This document shows positions 8,793-17,621 of a stretch of DNA of 64,000 bases, piece by piece (position 1 is the first letter of the stretch; each line of letters starts with the position of its first letter). Under the pieces are notes generated by a model. The model made no database searches. It was given only the letters and a program-made list of their open reading frames with translations, and was not told the DNA's origin. Source of the stretch: Gaiellaceae bacterium (lineage in GTDB: Bacteria > Actinomycetota > Thermoleophilia > Gaiellales > Gaiellaceae); assembly GCA_036496645.1 (NCBI GenBank), contig DASXKU010000073.1, positions 539 through 64,538 on the forward strand, read 5' to 3'. The position numbers were made by a program, and so were the translations under genes.

Positions 8793-9641
8793 CCCGGCAG
8801 CGCGCGCCCATGGCGAACCGGGCGTGCGGCGAATCGGATCGGGATCGACGCCGCGTGCTTCGGCGACCGCGAGCGTGAGCAGCTGGAAGAAGACGACGTC
8901 GGCGACGGGATGATGCGTCGGGACAAGCGTCGTCTCGCAGCCGATCGTTTCGAGTGCGGCGACGAGGTCGAGCGCACGCTCCTGCGCGCGGCCCCGCCCT
9001 TCGAGCACGTAGGCGCGCATCGAGTCGTCGACCGCCGCGAGGTAGCCGTGGAGCAGCTGCTCCGTTTCGTATGCCTCGGCCGCGACCCACGCACCTTCGC
9101 GCAACTTCAGCACCGCTTCTTGCGCGGTTGGCCAGTCGGCCCCGGCGCCGGCGACGAGCACACGCGGCTGGGAAAACGCCGGCGGCTCGTTCGCCAGCGC
9201 TGTCGTCACTGCATCCGGCAGCGGCGAAATGTCTTCTCCGTGGAGCGCGGCGATCGCGGCGACTGCGCACGTGTAACTCGCCGTATGGCACCACGACTGC
9301 TCGATCTCCGGTGTGCAGACAATCGTCTCCGCCGCCAGCGCGGCGAGCGGCGACTCTTGCTTGCCGGTGACGAGCCACACGTCGCCGCGGAAACCGCGCG
9401 CCGCTTCGAGCGTTAGCTCGGTCTCGCCTTCGTGCGAGACGCACACCATGATGTCGGCGTCCGGCGGCTGCAGCACCGCCTCGAGCGCCTGCACCGACGC
9501 GCCGCCGGTCTGCGACGCATGGAACGAGGTGCCGCAGCCGGTATGCACGACGCGCGCGCCGTCAGGCAACCTCTGCGGGACGTTCAAGGCCCGCAACCAG
9601 CCCGGCTGCGCGAAGACCGCTTCTCTCATCCGGCTTGGCAT
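8775..9641 (-). CDS. SIS-domain sugar phosphate isomerase/aminotransferase-like protein
   Basis: ATG 9641 (MPSRMREAVF). SIS pattern (VVHTGCGTSFHAS, VCVSHEGET). The upstream part of track ORF 8775-10271 is artefact. Confidence 0.75.
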   Translation of the reverse strand: MPSRMREAVFAQPGWLRALNVPQRLPDGARVVHTGCGTSFHASQTGGASVQALEAVLQPPDADIMVCVSHEGETELTLEAARGFRGDVWLVTGKQESPLAALAAETIVCTPEIEQSWCHTASYTCAVAAIAALHGEDISPLPDAVTTALANEPPAFSQPRVLVAGAGADWPTAQEAVLKLREGAWVAAEAYETEQLLHGYLAAVDDSMRAYVLEGRGRAQERALDLVAALETIGCETTLVPTHHPVADVVFFQLLTLAVAEARGVDPDPIRRTPGSPWARAAGSAYPG

Positions 9642-9671
9642 GCCTCGTCTATACCATCGCCCGCCGTGCCG

Positions 9672-10334
9672 GTGAAAGCTTTTCTCTTCGATTTCGACGG
9701 GCTGCTGGTCGAGACCGAGTCCGCTTCGCGTGCGGGCTGGGCCTGGCTGTACGAGCGCCACGGCCATGAATTGCCCCCGGAGAAGTGGGCGTTGCTCGTC
9801 GGCACGGTCGACGGCTGGGACATCTGGGGCCACCTCGAAGAGCTCGTCGGTGAGCCGCTCGACCGCGAGAGGCTGAACGACGAGCGCTACGCCCACGAGC
9901 TGACGTTGCTGGAGGCCGAGCAGCTGCGCCCCGGCATCGTCGAGTACCTCGACTACGCCCAGCAGCACGGGCTCAAGCGCGCGATCGTCTCGAGCGCCTC
10001 GCGGCCGTGGATCGACATGCATCTCGCTCGACTCGAGCGCACGGTCGGGTGGGACGCGATCGTCACCGCGGATCTGAAAAGCGAGCGCGCCAAGCCGCGG
10101 CCGACGCTCTACCTCGAAGCGCTCGAGCTGCTCGGCGTCGCGGCCGATGAGGCGATCGCGTTCGAGGACTCGCCCAACGGGATCCTCGCGGCGAACGCTG
10201 CGGGCATCTTCGTCGTCGGCGTGCCGAACGCGGTCACGCAGGATCTCTCGCTCGACCATGCCAACCTGCAACTCGCGTCTCTGGCCGACCTGCCTCCGGC
10301 GGAATTGGTCGCGCGACTAGCATCGGCGGCATGA
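9672..10334 (+). CDS. HAD-superfamily hydrolase (beta-phosphoglucomutase-like subfamily)
   Basis: Motif I FLFDFDG right after GTG 9672 (alternative GTG 9666). Motif IV FEDSPNG. Confidence 0.8.
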   Translation: MKAFLFDFDGLLVETESASRAGWAWLYERHGHELPPEKWALLVGTVDGWDIWGHLEELVGEPLDRERLNDERYAHELTLLEAEQLRPGIVEYLDYAQQHGLKRAIVSSASRPWIDMHLARLERTVGWDAIVTADLKSERAKPRPTLYLEALELLGVAADEAIAFEDSPNGILAANAAGIFVVGVPNAVTQDLSLDHANLQLASLADLPPAELVARLASAA

Positions 10335-11599
10335 GCGTCTTTCAGCGCACCACTCTGTCGAATGGCCTCCGCGTTCTCACGGCGCCGCTCGACCACGCAC
10401 AGTCGGTGGCCTGTTACATCATGCTCGCGGCGGGCTCGCGCTACGAGAACGCCGACAACCGTGGCATCGCGCACTTCGCGGAGCACATGTTCTTCAAGGG
10501 GACGGAGAAGCTCCCGACGTCGCGCGATATCTCGACGCTCGTCGACAGCATGGGCGGCGAGTTCAACGCGTTCACCTCGAAGGAGTACACGGGGTACTAC
10601 ATCCGCTGCGCGGGCGAGAAGCGCGACACGGCGCTCGACGTGCTCGTCGACATGGTTCGCCACTCGAAGTTCGACCCCGAGGAGCTCGAGCGCGAGAAGG
10701 GCGTGATTCTCGAGGAGATGAACATGTATTTCGACACGCCGCAGGATTACGTCTCGTCGGTGTACAACGCGCTGCTCTTCGGTGAGAATCCGCTCGGCTG
10801 GGAGACGCTCGGCACGCGCGAGACGATCAAAGCGACGACGCGCGAGACGTTCATCGACTACCTCGACCGCTGGTACGCGCCGCAGCGCATGGTCGTCGGC
10901 GTCGCAGGCATGGTCGGTGACGGTCTGACCGAACGGCTTGAGGAGCTGCTCGGGGACATGAGCGGTGACGGCCACGGCGGACCGCCGGCTGCAGCCGTCC
11001 AGCGCACGCCGACGCCGCAGGTGCGCGTGCACACCAAGGAGTCCGACCAGGCGCACATCTGTCTCGGCGTTCCGTCGTATCCCGTCGGTCATCCCGATCG
11101 CTACGCGCTGCAACTGCTCGCCACCGTGCTCGGCACTGGGATGTCGTCGCGCCTGTTCCTCGAGGTGCGCGAGCGACGTGGGCTCGCCTACTACACGTAC
11201 GGCGTCAACATGTCGTACACCGACACCGGCACGCTCGTCTCACAAAGCGGCGTCGACATCGCGCGCATCGATGAAGCCGTCAGCGTCGTCGTCGAGCAGT
11301 TCCGCCGCATGGCGGACGAGCGCGTTCCGGACGATGAGTTCGAGAAGGCGCGTTCGCTCGCGAAGGGGCGGTTCGTGCTGCAGACCGAGAGCCCGAACGG
11401 GTTGCTGCTCTTCGGCCTGCGCCGGGAGGTGCTCGAGGGCCGCGCCGCCGAGCCAGAGGAGCTGATCGCCGGCATCGACGCGGTGACGGTCGAAGACGTG
11501 CAGCGTGTTGCGCAGGACATCATCGCGGGCGAGGGCATCCGCCTCGCCGTGATCGGGCCGTTCGACGACGCAGCGCGGTTCGAGAAGCTGCTCGCTTAG
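10331..11599 (+). CDS. M16 family zinc peptidase (pitrilysin-like)
   Basis: Inverted zinc motif HFAEH with a downstream E. 422 aa. The start overlaps the HAD stop. Confidence 0.9.
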   Translation: MSVFQRTTLSNGLRVLTAPLDHAQSVACYIMLAAGSRYENADNRGIAHFAEHMFFKGTEKLPTSRDISTLVDSMGGEFNAFTSKEYTGYYIRCAGEKRDTALDVLVDMVRHSKFDPEELEREKGVILEEMNMYFDTPQDYVSSVYNALLFGENPLGWETLGTRETIKATTRETFIDYLDRWYAPQRMVVGVAGMVGDGLTERLEELLGDMSGDGHGGPPAAAVQRTPTPQVRVHTKESDQAHICLGVPSYPVGHPDRYALQLLATVLGTGMSSRLFLEVRERRGLAYYTYGVNMSYTDTGTLVSQSGVDIARIDEAVSVVVEQFRRMADERVPDDEFEKARSLAKGRFVLQTESPNGLLLFGLRREVLEGRAAEPEELIAGIDAVTVEDVQRVAQDIIAGEGIRLAVIGPFDDAARFEKLLA

Positions 11600-11621
11600 G
11601 GCAGGTCCGTTCGGGGCACGT

Positions 11622-11636
11622 CCCGACGCCAAACGA
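11622..11636. repeat. direct repeat copy A (CCCGACGCCAAACGA)
   Basis: Exact 15-mer, repeated at 11701-11715. Similarity extends to 19 of 21 nt. Lies in a convergent intergenic region. Confidence 0.6.
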
Positions 11637-11700
11637 TGTGACCGCGGGAGCACGGCACGGCGCCGAAATCGTGGCGTGAACGCGTCTGCGCGAGACGCGA

Positions 11701-11715
11701 CCCGACGCCAAACGA
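11701..11715. repeat. direct repeat copy B (CCCGACGCCAAACGA)
   Basis: Second copy, 79 bp after the first. Confidence 0.6.
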
Positions 11716-11735
11716 CGTAACAGAAGTGTCACGGA

Positions 11736-12092
11736 CTATCCACAGAGGAAGCGCGCCGAGCGTCGCGCGGCAAACGCGACCACGCCGATGAAGGCGAGCG
11801 CGACCAGCCAGAACGAGAGCTCGCCCCAGCGGTAGTGCGAGAGCACGACGGCGCGGATCGCGACGCCGAGCGTCACGCCCACCAGCCACGTCGGCACGAA
11901 GCGGCCACCGAACACCCAAAACGCGCCGAGCCACGCGCCGACGAATGGCAGTGCGTCCTCCGCGTATCCGCCCACGGACACGTGACCGTGATGCGACAGC
12001 TGACCGATCGTGACGAAGAGGAGGATCGCCGCGAGGTCGGCGAGAGCTAAAGAGCTGGTGCCAGGCACCGAGGTGCCTGGCACCGTTTTCAC
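11736..12092 (-). CDS. DUF3054-like membrane protein
   Basis: GTG 12092 overlaps the acs stop (GTGA). Has 3-4 hydrophobic helices and the pattern LLFVTIGQLSHHG. Confidence 0.65.
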   Translation of the reverse strand: MKTVPGTSVPGTSSLALADLAAILLFVTIGQLSHHGHVSVGGYAEDALPFVGAWLGAFWVFGGRFVPTWLVGVTLGVAIRAVVLSHYRWGELSFWLVALAFIGVVAFAARRSARFLCG

Positions 12093-14056
12093 TCTTCGTC
12101 TTTGGACGATTCCGCCGCGCCGCGCTCGCGGATCTCCTCCACGACCGTCGGATCAGCGAGCGTTGTCGTGTCGCCCAGCGGCCTGTTCTCTGCGACATCG
12201 CGCAGCAGGCGGCGCATGATCTTCCCCGAGCGCGTCTTCGGCAACTCGGGCGTGAACACGATGTTCGCCGGCTTTGCGATCGCCCCGATCTTCTTGGCGA
12301 CATGGTCGCGAAGCTCCTCGAGCTTCTCGACTGATCCTTCCGCGCCACCCTTGAGCGTGACGAACGCAACAATCGCCTGTCCGGTCGTTGCGTCCGCGCG
12401 CGCCGCGACGGCGGCTTCGGCAACTTCCTGGTGATCGACGAGCGCCGACTCGACCTCGATCGTCGAGATGCGATGGCCCGAGACATTCATCACGTCGTCG
12501 ACGCGACCGAGCAACCAGAAGTCTCCGTCCGCGTCGATGCGCGCACCGTCGCCGGCGAAGTACACGTCGCCGTACTTCGACCAGTACGTCTCCCGGTAGC
12601 GCTTGTCGTCGCCGTAGATCCCGCGCAACATCGCCGGCCACGGCTTCTTCAGCACGAGATAACCGCCGCCGCCAGGGCCGACTTCCTCGCCCTGCTCGTT
12701 GTAGATCGCAGCGGCAACGCCCGGGAACGGTTTGGTGGCCGAGCCCGGCTTCGTCGTCGTGATTCCGGGCAGCGGCGTGATCAGAATCATCCCGGTCTCC
12801 GTCTGCCACCAGGTATCGACGATCGGACACCTGCCGCCACCGACGTGCTCCTGATACCAAATCCACGCCTCGTGGTTGATCGGCTCACCAACGGAGCCGA
12901 GCAGGCGCAGTGACGACAGATCGTGCTTCTGCGCGTGCTCCGGTCCCCACTTCATGTGTGAGCGGATCGCGGTCGGCGCGGTGTAGAGAATCGTCACGCC
13001 GTACCGCTCGATGATCTCCCACCACCGTTCTTTGTTCGGGAAGTCAGGCGTGCCCTCGTACATCACGCTCGTGGCGCCGTTGCAGAGCGGGCCGTAGACG
13101 ATGTAGCTGTGGCCCGTGATCCAGCCGACGTCGGCCGCGCACCAGTACACGTCCGTGTCTGGCTTGAGGTCGAAGATGTAGTGGTGCGTCGTCGACACGC
13201 CGACGAGATAGCCGGCGGTCGTGTGTGCGATGCCCTTGGGCTTCGCGGTCGTTCCCGACGTGTACATCAGGAACAGCAAGTCTTCGCTGTCCATGTGCTC
13301 GGGCGGGCATGACGACGGATCGTCCGAGCCGCGCACGTCGTGATACCAGACGTCGCGACCGTCCTTCATGTTCACGTCGCCGCCCGTGCGGCGCACGACG
13401 AGGCACTTCTTCACACCGGGTGAGCTGTCCATCGCCTCGTCCGCGATCTTCTTCAGCGGCACCGGTGTGCCACGTCGCCACGCCTCGTCCATGGTGATGA
13501 TGACCTCGCAGCCCATGTCATTGACGCGGCCGGATAGCGAATCGGCCGAGAAGCCGCCGAACACGACCGTGTGCGGCGCGCCAAGTCGCGTGCACGCGAG
13601 CATCGCGATCGGCAACTCGGGAACCATGCCCATGTAGATGCCAACCGCCGTCCCCTTCTTCACCCCGAGGTCCTTCAGCGCGTTCGCGAACGCGACGACC
13701 TCCTTCTGCAGGTCGGCGTACGTGATGTCGCGCCGGTCGTTCTCGGGCTCGCCCTCCCAGTGGAAGGCGACCTTGCTGCCGCGACCCGCCTCGACGTGCC
13801 GGTCGACGCAGTTGTAGGACAGGTTGAGCTTGCCGCCCAGGTACCACTTGGCGTAGGGGAGCTCCCATTCGTAAAGCTTCGTGAAGGGCTCGAACCACGT
13901 AACGCGTTCGCGCCCCTCCCGCTCCCAGAAGGCCTCGAAGTCCTCCTCGTAGATCTGAGGCTGCGCGTTGGCCGCCTTCGCGAAGTCAGCCGGCGGTGGA
14001 TAGCGCCGTTCCTCGAGGAACATTGTTTCGATCGCATAGCCAGTCTCTGGAGCCAA
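12089..14056 (-). CDS. acs: acetyl-CoA synthetase
   Basis: 655 aa, colinear with Acs (YTSGTTAKPKG, WWQTETG, SGHRISTIEVESAL, LPKTRSGKIMRR). TTG start lies 8 nt after AGGAGG. Confidence 0.95.
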   Translation of the reverse strand: MAPETGYAIETMFLEERRYPPPADFAKAANAQPQIYEEDFEAFWEREGRERVTWFEPFTKLYEWELPYAKWYLGGKLNLSYNCVDRHVEAGRGSKVAFHWEGEPENDRRDITYADLQKEVVAFANALKDLGVKKGTAVGIYMGMVPELPIAMLACTRLGAPHTVVFGGFSADSLSGRVNDMGCEVIITMDEAWRRGTPVPLKKIADEAMDSSPGVKKCLVVRRTGGDVNMKDGRDVWYHDVRGSDDPSSCPPEHMDSEDLLFLMYTSGTTAKPKGIAHTTAGYLVGVSTTHHYIFDLKPDTDVYWCAADVGWITGHSYIVYGPLCNGATSVMYEGTPDFPNKERWWEIIERYGVTILYTAPTAIRSHMKWGPEHAQKHDLSSLRLLGSVGEPINHEAWIWYQEHVGGGRCPIVDTWWQTETGMILITPLPGITTTKPGSATKPFPGVAAAIYNEQGEEVGPGGGGYLVLKKPWPAMLRGIYGDDKRYRETYWSKYGDVYFAGDGARIDADGDFWLLGRVDDVMNVSGHRISTIEVESALVDHQEVAEAAVAARADATTGQAIVAFVTLKGGAEGSVEKLEELRDHVAKKIGAIAKPANIVFTPELPKTRSGKIMRRLLRDVAENRPLGDTTTLADPTVVEEIRERGAAESSKDEE

Positions 14057-14116
14057 GACGCCGGCCTCCTCTTAGGTGGGAAATCTCCGGGAGATTCTAA
14101 AGCCGTCGCAAACGTC

Positions 14117-14150
14117 GCGCGCCCGGGGCCGTCAAGCACCCCGGGCGCGC
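14117..14150 (-). terminator. stem-loop after the satP-like gene
   Basis: Perfect 12-bp arms (GCGCGCCCGGGG / CCCCGGGCGCGC) with a 10-nt loop, 20 nt past the stop. No clear U-tract. Confidence 0.5.
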
Positions 14151-14169
14151 AAACGACGAGCCAGCGCGG

Positions 14170-14802
14170 TTAGGCCATCATCGGCTTGCCGACAGGCAAC
14201 ACCGTCTTTCCGGCCTGGCCGTTCAATACGCCGGCTGCGGAGGCGTACCAGGCGACCGCCGCAGTGACGATGCCGAGCCAACCGCCCAGGTGTACCCACC
14301 ACTGGGTGCCACCGTGCGAGAGGTTGAAGTTCCCGATCACGAGCGCGATCTCGGTCAACTCCAGGGTCAGGAAGACCATGAAGACGGCCATGTTGACGCG
14401 CATTGCTCCGATCAGCATGTACGTGTTGAAGATCGCGAACGCAAACAGGAACCAGGCGGCAGCGTTCGTCCCGTCGCCTCCTGCGTAGCTCGCGGCGAGG
14501 TGCGTCGTGTTGGCGAGGATGATGAACAGACCAAACGCCATCCAGAACCCGCCGTATGTCGAGAACGCCGTCGCGCCGAACACGTTCCGGTTGCGGAACT
14601 CCCACATGCCCGCCGAGAACTGGGCAAGGCCGCCGTAGAAGATCGCCGGGCCGATCCAGATCAGATCCGGGATCCACGACGCATTGTGGCCGCTGAGCAG
14701 GAACGTCGTCAGAGCGAACCCCGCGAGACCAAGCGGTGCGGGATCGGCGGCCGGAGTGGCCTCGACGCGCGTCACCGCCGGTTCAGAGGTCATTGCGCTC
14801 AT
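14170..14802 (-). CDS. satP: GPR1/FUN34/YaaH family acetate (succinate) channel
   Basis: ATG 14802 lies 8 nt after AAGGAGG. Family pattern PAPLGLAGFALTTF, FYGGLAQFSAGMWEF, GATAFSTYGGFW. Confidence 0.85.
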   Translation of the reverse strand: MSAMTSEPAVTRVEATPAADPAPLGLAGFALTTFLLSGHNASWIPDLIWIGPAIFYGGLAQFSAGMWEFRNRNVFGATAFSTYGGFWMAFGLFIILANTTHLAASYAGGDGTNAAAWFLFAFAIFNTYMLIGAMRVNMAVFMVFLTLELTEIALVIGNFNLSHGGTQWWVHLGGWLGIVTAAVAWYASAAGVLNGQAGKTVLPVGKPMMA

Positions 14803-14920
14803 GCAGTTGCGCCTCCTTGTTGGTCCGGTGCGCCGTTCGGTCGCCAGACCGCGGCCGCGCCGAAGTGACAATCGCAACTTTGGCCGCCCGGCCGGACGGA
14901 GGTCAAGCCCCTGAGGGCTC

Positions 14921-16024
14921 TTACGGCTTCAAGTCGTACGGAAAACGCGTGAGGTTCTCGCAGCCGTCCTTGGTGACGAGGACGATGTCCTCGAGGCGCA
15001 CGCCGCCGTAGCCCTTTCGGTACGTGCCCGGCTCGACGGTGACGACGTCGCCGGCGCGCAGCTCCTTCGTCGAGATGAGGCCGAGCCCCGGCGCTTCGTG
15101 CACCTCGAGTCCGACGCCGTGGCCGAGGCCGTGGAAGAAGCCGTCCACCAGCATCTCGCCCTCTTTCTTCGTGCGCTGCGTCGGCTCACCGGCCGCTTCG
15201 AAGATCTCGCACGTGCCGTTGTAGATCTCGCGACCTTCGACGCCCTCTTTGATCTCAGAGAGCGCGCGGTCGAGCGCCTCCTTGCACAGCCGGTGCCACT
15301 CGCGCACGTCGTCGGCGACATCGCCGATCACAAACGTTCGCGTCATGTCCGTGTAGATGAAGCTCTCGTTGTCGCGCGGCCAGATGTCGATGATGATCGG
15401 TGTCCCCTCCGGAATCGGGCCGGAACCCATGTCGTGGCCCATCGCGCCTTGTGCGCCGGGGGCAACGATGAAGTCGTCGCACGTCGTTCCGTGCTCGGCA
15501 AAGACAACGCTCATTGCCGCCTTCACCTGCTCGACGGTGAGCGGCAACCCTTTGCGCAGCAGTTCGCGCGCCACGTCCATCGCCGCCTCGGCGGCCTTCT
15601 GCGCGCGGCGCATCCCGGCGATCTCCGCGTCGGACTTCACGCGGCGCCGGTCGTCGAAGAAGTCCGCGTCGACCGTCAGCTCGACCCCGTCGGCGCGCAG
15701 GCGGTCGGCCAGCCAAAGCGGGAACGTCTCAGGGACGACCGCGCTCGTGATGCCGAGCTCCTTCACCCCGCGCGACTGGATCTCCGCCCGGATCGCCGGC
15801 AGATCGAGCCCCTGCGCTCGGAGTGCGTCGATGCCGAAATCCTCCCAGGGGTGCAATTCGTAGAGGCCAAGCTCCTTGAGCCGCGGCAACTCGAGCGAGC
15901 CGACGACGATGTGCTTGACGCCGTCCTTCTCCGCATAGAGGAACGCGTCGGGCACGCCGAGCGGCACCTCGTGGCGCAGTTCAGCCGTGCGATATGTGTC
16001 GGCGTAGATGAGGACGTCGGTCAT
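14921..16024 (-). CDS. M24 family Xaa-Pro peptidase
   Basis: Creatinase-like N-domain plus M24 metal ligands (HGLGHGVGLEVHE, VEPG). Confidence 0.9.
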   Translation of the reverse strand: MTDVLIYADTYRTAELRHEVPLGVPDAFLYAEKDGVKHIVVGSLELPRLKELGLYELHPWEDFGIDALRAQGLDLPAIRAEIQSRGVKELGITSAVVPETFPLWLADRLRADGVELTVDADFFDDRRRVKSDAEIAGMRRAQKAAEAAMDVARELLRKGLPLTVEQVKAAMSVVFAEHGTTCDDFIVAPGAQGAMGHDMGSGPIPEGTPIIIDIWPRDNESFIYTDMTRTFVIGDVADDVREWHRLCKEALDRALSEIKEGVEGREIYNGTCEIFEAAGEPTQRTKKEGEMLVDGFFHGLGHGVGLEVHEAPGLGLISTKELRAGDVVTVEPGTYRKGYGGVRLEDIVLVTKDGCENLTRFPYDLKP

Positions 16025-16051
16025 GCGCGAGACAATATCTAGACTCAGAAT

Positions 16052-17197
16052 GTGGACCCGGAGGCACGCGCGGTGGAACTGCTACAGCGCTACGACCGCG
16101 AGCTGGAGAGCCTGCTGCCGGCCGGTGCGGAGATCTTCGACGCACACCTACACCTCGGCCACGACATCGACGGGATGATCGGCGACTACGACCAGCTGGA
16201 GCAGGTCATGGCGCGCTACGGCATCAGTCGCGCGTTCATGTTCTGCCTTGACGAGCCCGACCGTCACCCGGGCTTCAGCGCCGCGAACGACCGCACGCTC
16301 GAGTTCGCGCGCCGCAGCGACGGCCGTTTGATCCCGTTCGTGCGCCTCGACCTGAACGAGTCGCCGATCGAAGAGGCAAATCGCTGCCTCGATCTCGGCG
16401 CCCGCGGCATCAAGCTGCACCCGCGCGCACAGAAGTTCACGGCGACCGACGAGCGGCTCGGGCCGATCTTCGAGATCTCCGCCGAGCGCCGCGTGCCGAT
16501 CCTGATTCACGGCGGGCGCGGGCTGCCGCCGATCGCGGACGGTCTGCGCGCCCTCGTCGACCGCTACCCCGGGGCGACGTTGATCATCGCGCACGCCGGC
16601 ATCGCCGACCTTGCAGAGCTCACGCGCGTGATGGCCGGTCGCAAAGGCGTGCTCTTCGACACCTCCACCTGGAGCGCCGTCGACTTGCTGGACTTCTACC
16701 GGCACATCCCGGCCGAGCAAGTCGTGTACGCCAGCGACTTCCCGTATGGCCAGCAGCCGGGGTCGCTGCTGATTGCGGTCAAGACCGCGCTCTACGCGGG
16801 GTACTCCGAAGAGCACCTTCGCGGGATGCTCGGTCGCACCGCAAGCGCGCTCGCGGATGGCACCAGCCTGCCCGAGCCAACATCGCCGGTCGGCGGCGAC
16901 ACGTTCACACAGCCCATGCAACTCGCGCGCATCCACCAGTACCTCTCGATGACGATCCCGTTGCTCTGGACGCGGCAGCCCGACACGATCGGCGTGCTCG
17001 GCCTCGCCATCAACACGTGCGGCGAGAAGAACGGTCACGTCGACTCGGTCGAGAAGATCGAAGAGCTGCTGGTCGCTGCGCGTGACTTGTGGGCGACGGT
17101 TCCGGAGATCGAAGACGAGGTGCGCGCACGGCAGACGGCGCGCATCGCACACCGCCTTGTTCACATCGCCGACATCGAAGCGGTCACCGGTGCTTAA
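16052..17197 (+). CDS. amidohydrolase-2 family metal hydrolase with an extra C-terminal domain
   Basis: HxH at FDAHLHLG, plus KLHP and IIAHAG. About 140 additional C-terminal residues have no recognisable family. Confidence 0.75.
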   Translation: MDPEARAVELLQRYDRELESLLPAGAEIFDAHLHLGHDIDGMIGDYDQLEQVMARYGISRAFMFCLDEPDRHPGFSAANDRTLEFARRSDGRLIPFVRLDLNESPIEEANRCLDLGARGIKLHPRAQKFTATDERLGPIFEISAERRVPILIHGGRGLPPIADGLRALVDRYPGATLIIAHAGIADLAELTRVMAGRKGVLFDTSTWSAVDLLDFYRHIPAEQVVYASDFPYGQQPGSLLIAVKTALYAGYSEEHLRGMLGRTASALADGTSLPEPTSPVGGDTFTQPMQLARIHQYLSMTIPLLWTRQPDTIGVLGLAINTCGEKNGHVDSVEKIEELLVAARDLWATVPEIEDEVRARQTARIAHRLVHIADIEAVTGA

Positions 17198-17621
17198 CGT
17201 CAACGGCCATCAGTACGAGCTGAAGGCGAGCGTCGGGACGACACTCGCGGAAGCACTGCGAGACGAGTTGCGCCTCACCGGCACGAAGGTCGCGTGCGCG
17301 GAGGGACATTGCGGCGCCTGCACCGTTCTCGTCGACGGCGTGCCGACTCTGTCGTGCATCACGCTCGCTCACACGGTCGAAGGCGCGAAGGTGACAACGA
17401 TTGAAGGGTTGCGCGAGCATCCGATGGTCGATGCGTTTGTGCGCAGTGACGCGTTGCAGTGCGGCTTCTGTACGCCGGGCCAGATCGTCAGCGCCGTCGC
17501 GTTGGTCGAGTCGACGCCGAGCCCAAGCGACGAGCAGATCCGGCACGCGATGGCAGGGAACATCTGCCGTTGCGGCGCCTATCCAAGAATTGAGGAGGCG
17601 ATTCGAACGTGGCAAGGCTGA
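17190..17621 (+). CDS. molybdenum hydroxylase small subunit, 2x[2Fe-2S]
   Basis: GTG 17190. Cluster motifs CAEGHCGACTV and CGFCTPG...CRCGAY. Confidence 0.9.
   Translation: MLNVNGHQYELKASVGTTLAEALRDELRLTGTKVACAEGHCGACTVLVDGVPTLSCITLAHTVEGAKVTTIEGLREHPMVDAFVRSDALQCGFCTPGQIVSAVALVESTPSPSDEQIRHAMAGNICRCGAYPRIEEAIRTWQG

Noticed and set aside
12057-12084. Perfect 13-bp inverted repeat GGTGCCAGGCACC/GGTGCCTGGCACC considered as the acs terminator
   Set aside because: It lies inside the best ORF for the DUF3054-like gene, whose GTG overlaps the acs stop. It encodes the duplicated VPGTSVPGTS, its arms are only 2 nt apart, and no U-tract follows on the acs strand. A regulatory RNA hairpin between the two genes remains possible.
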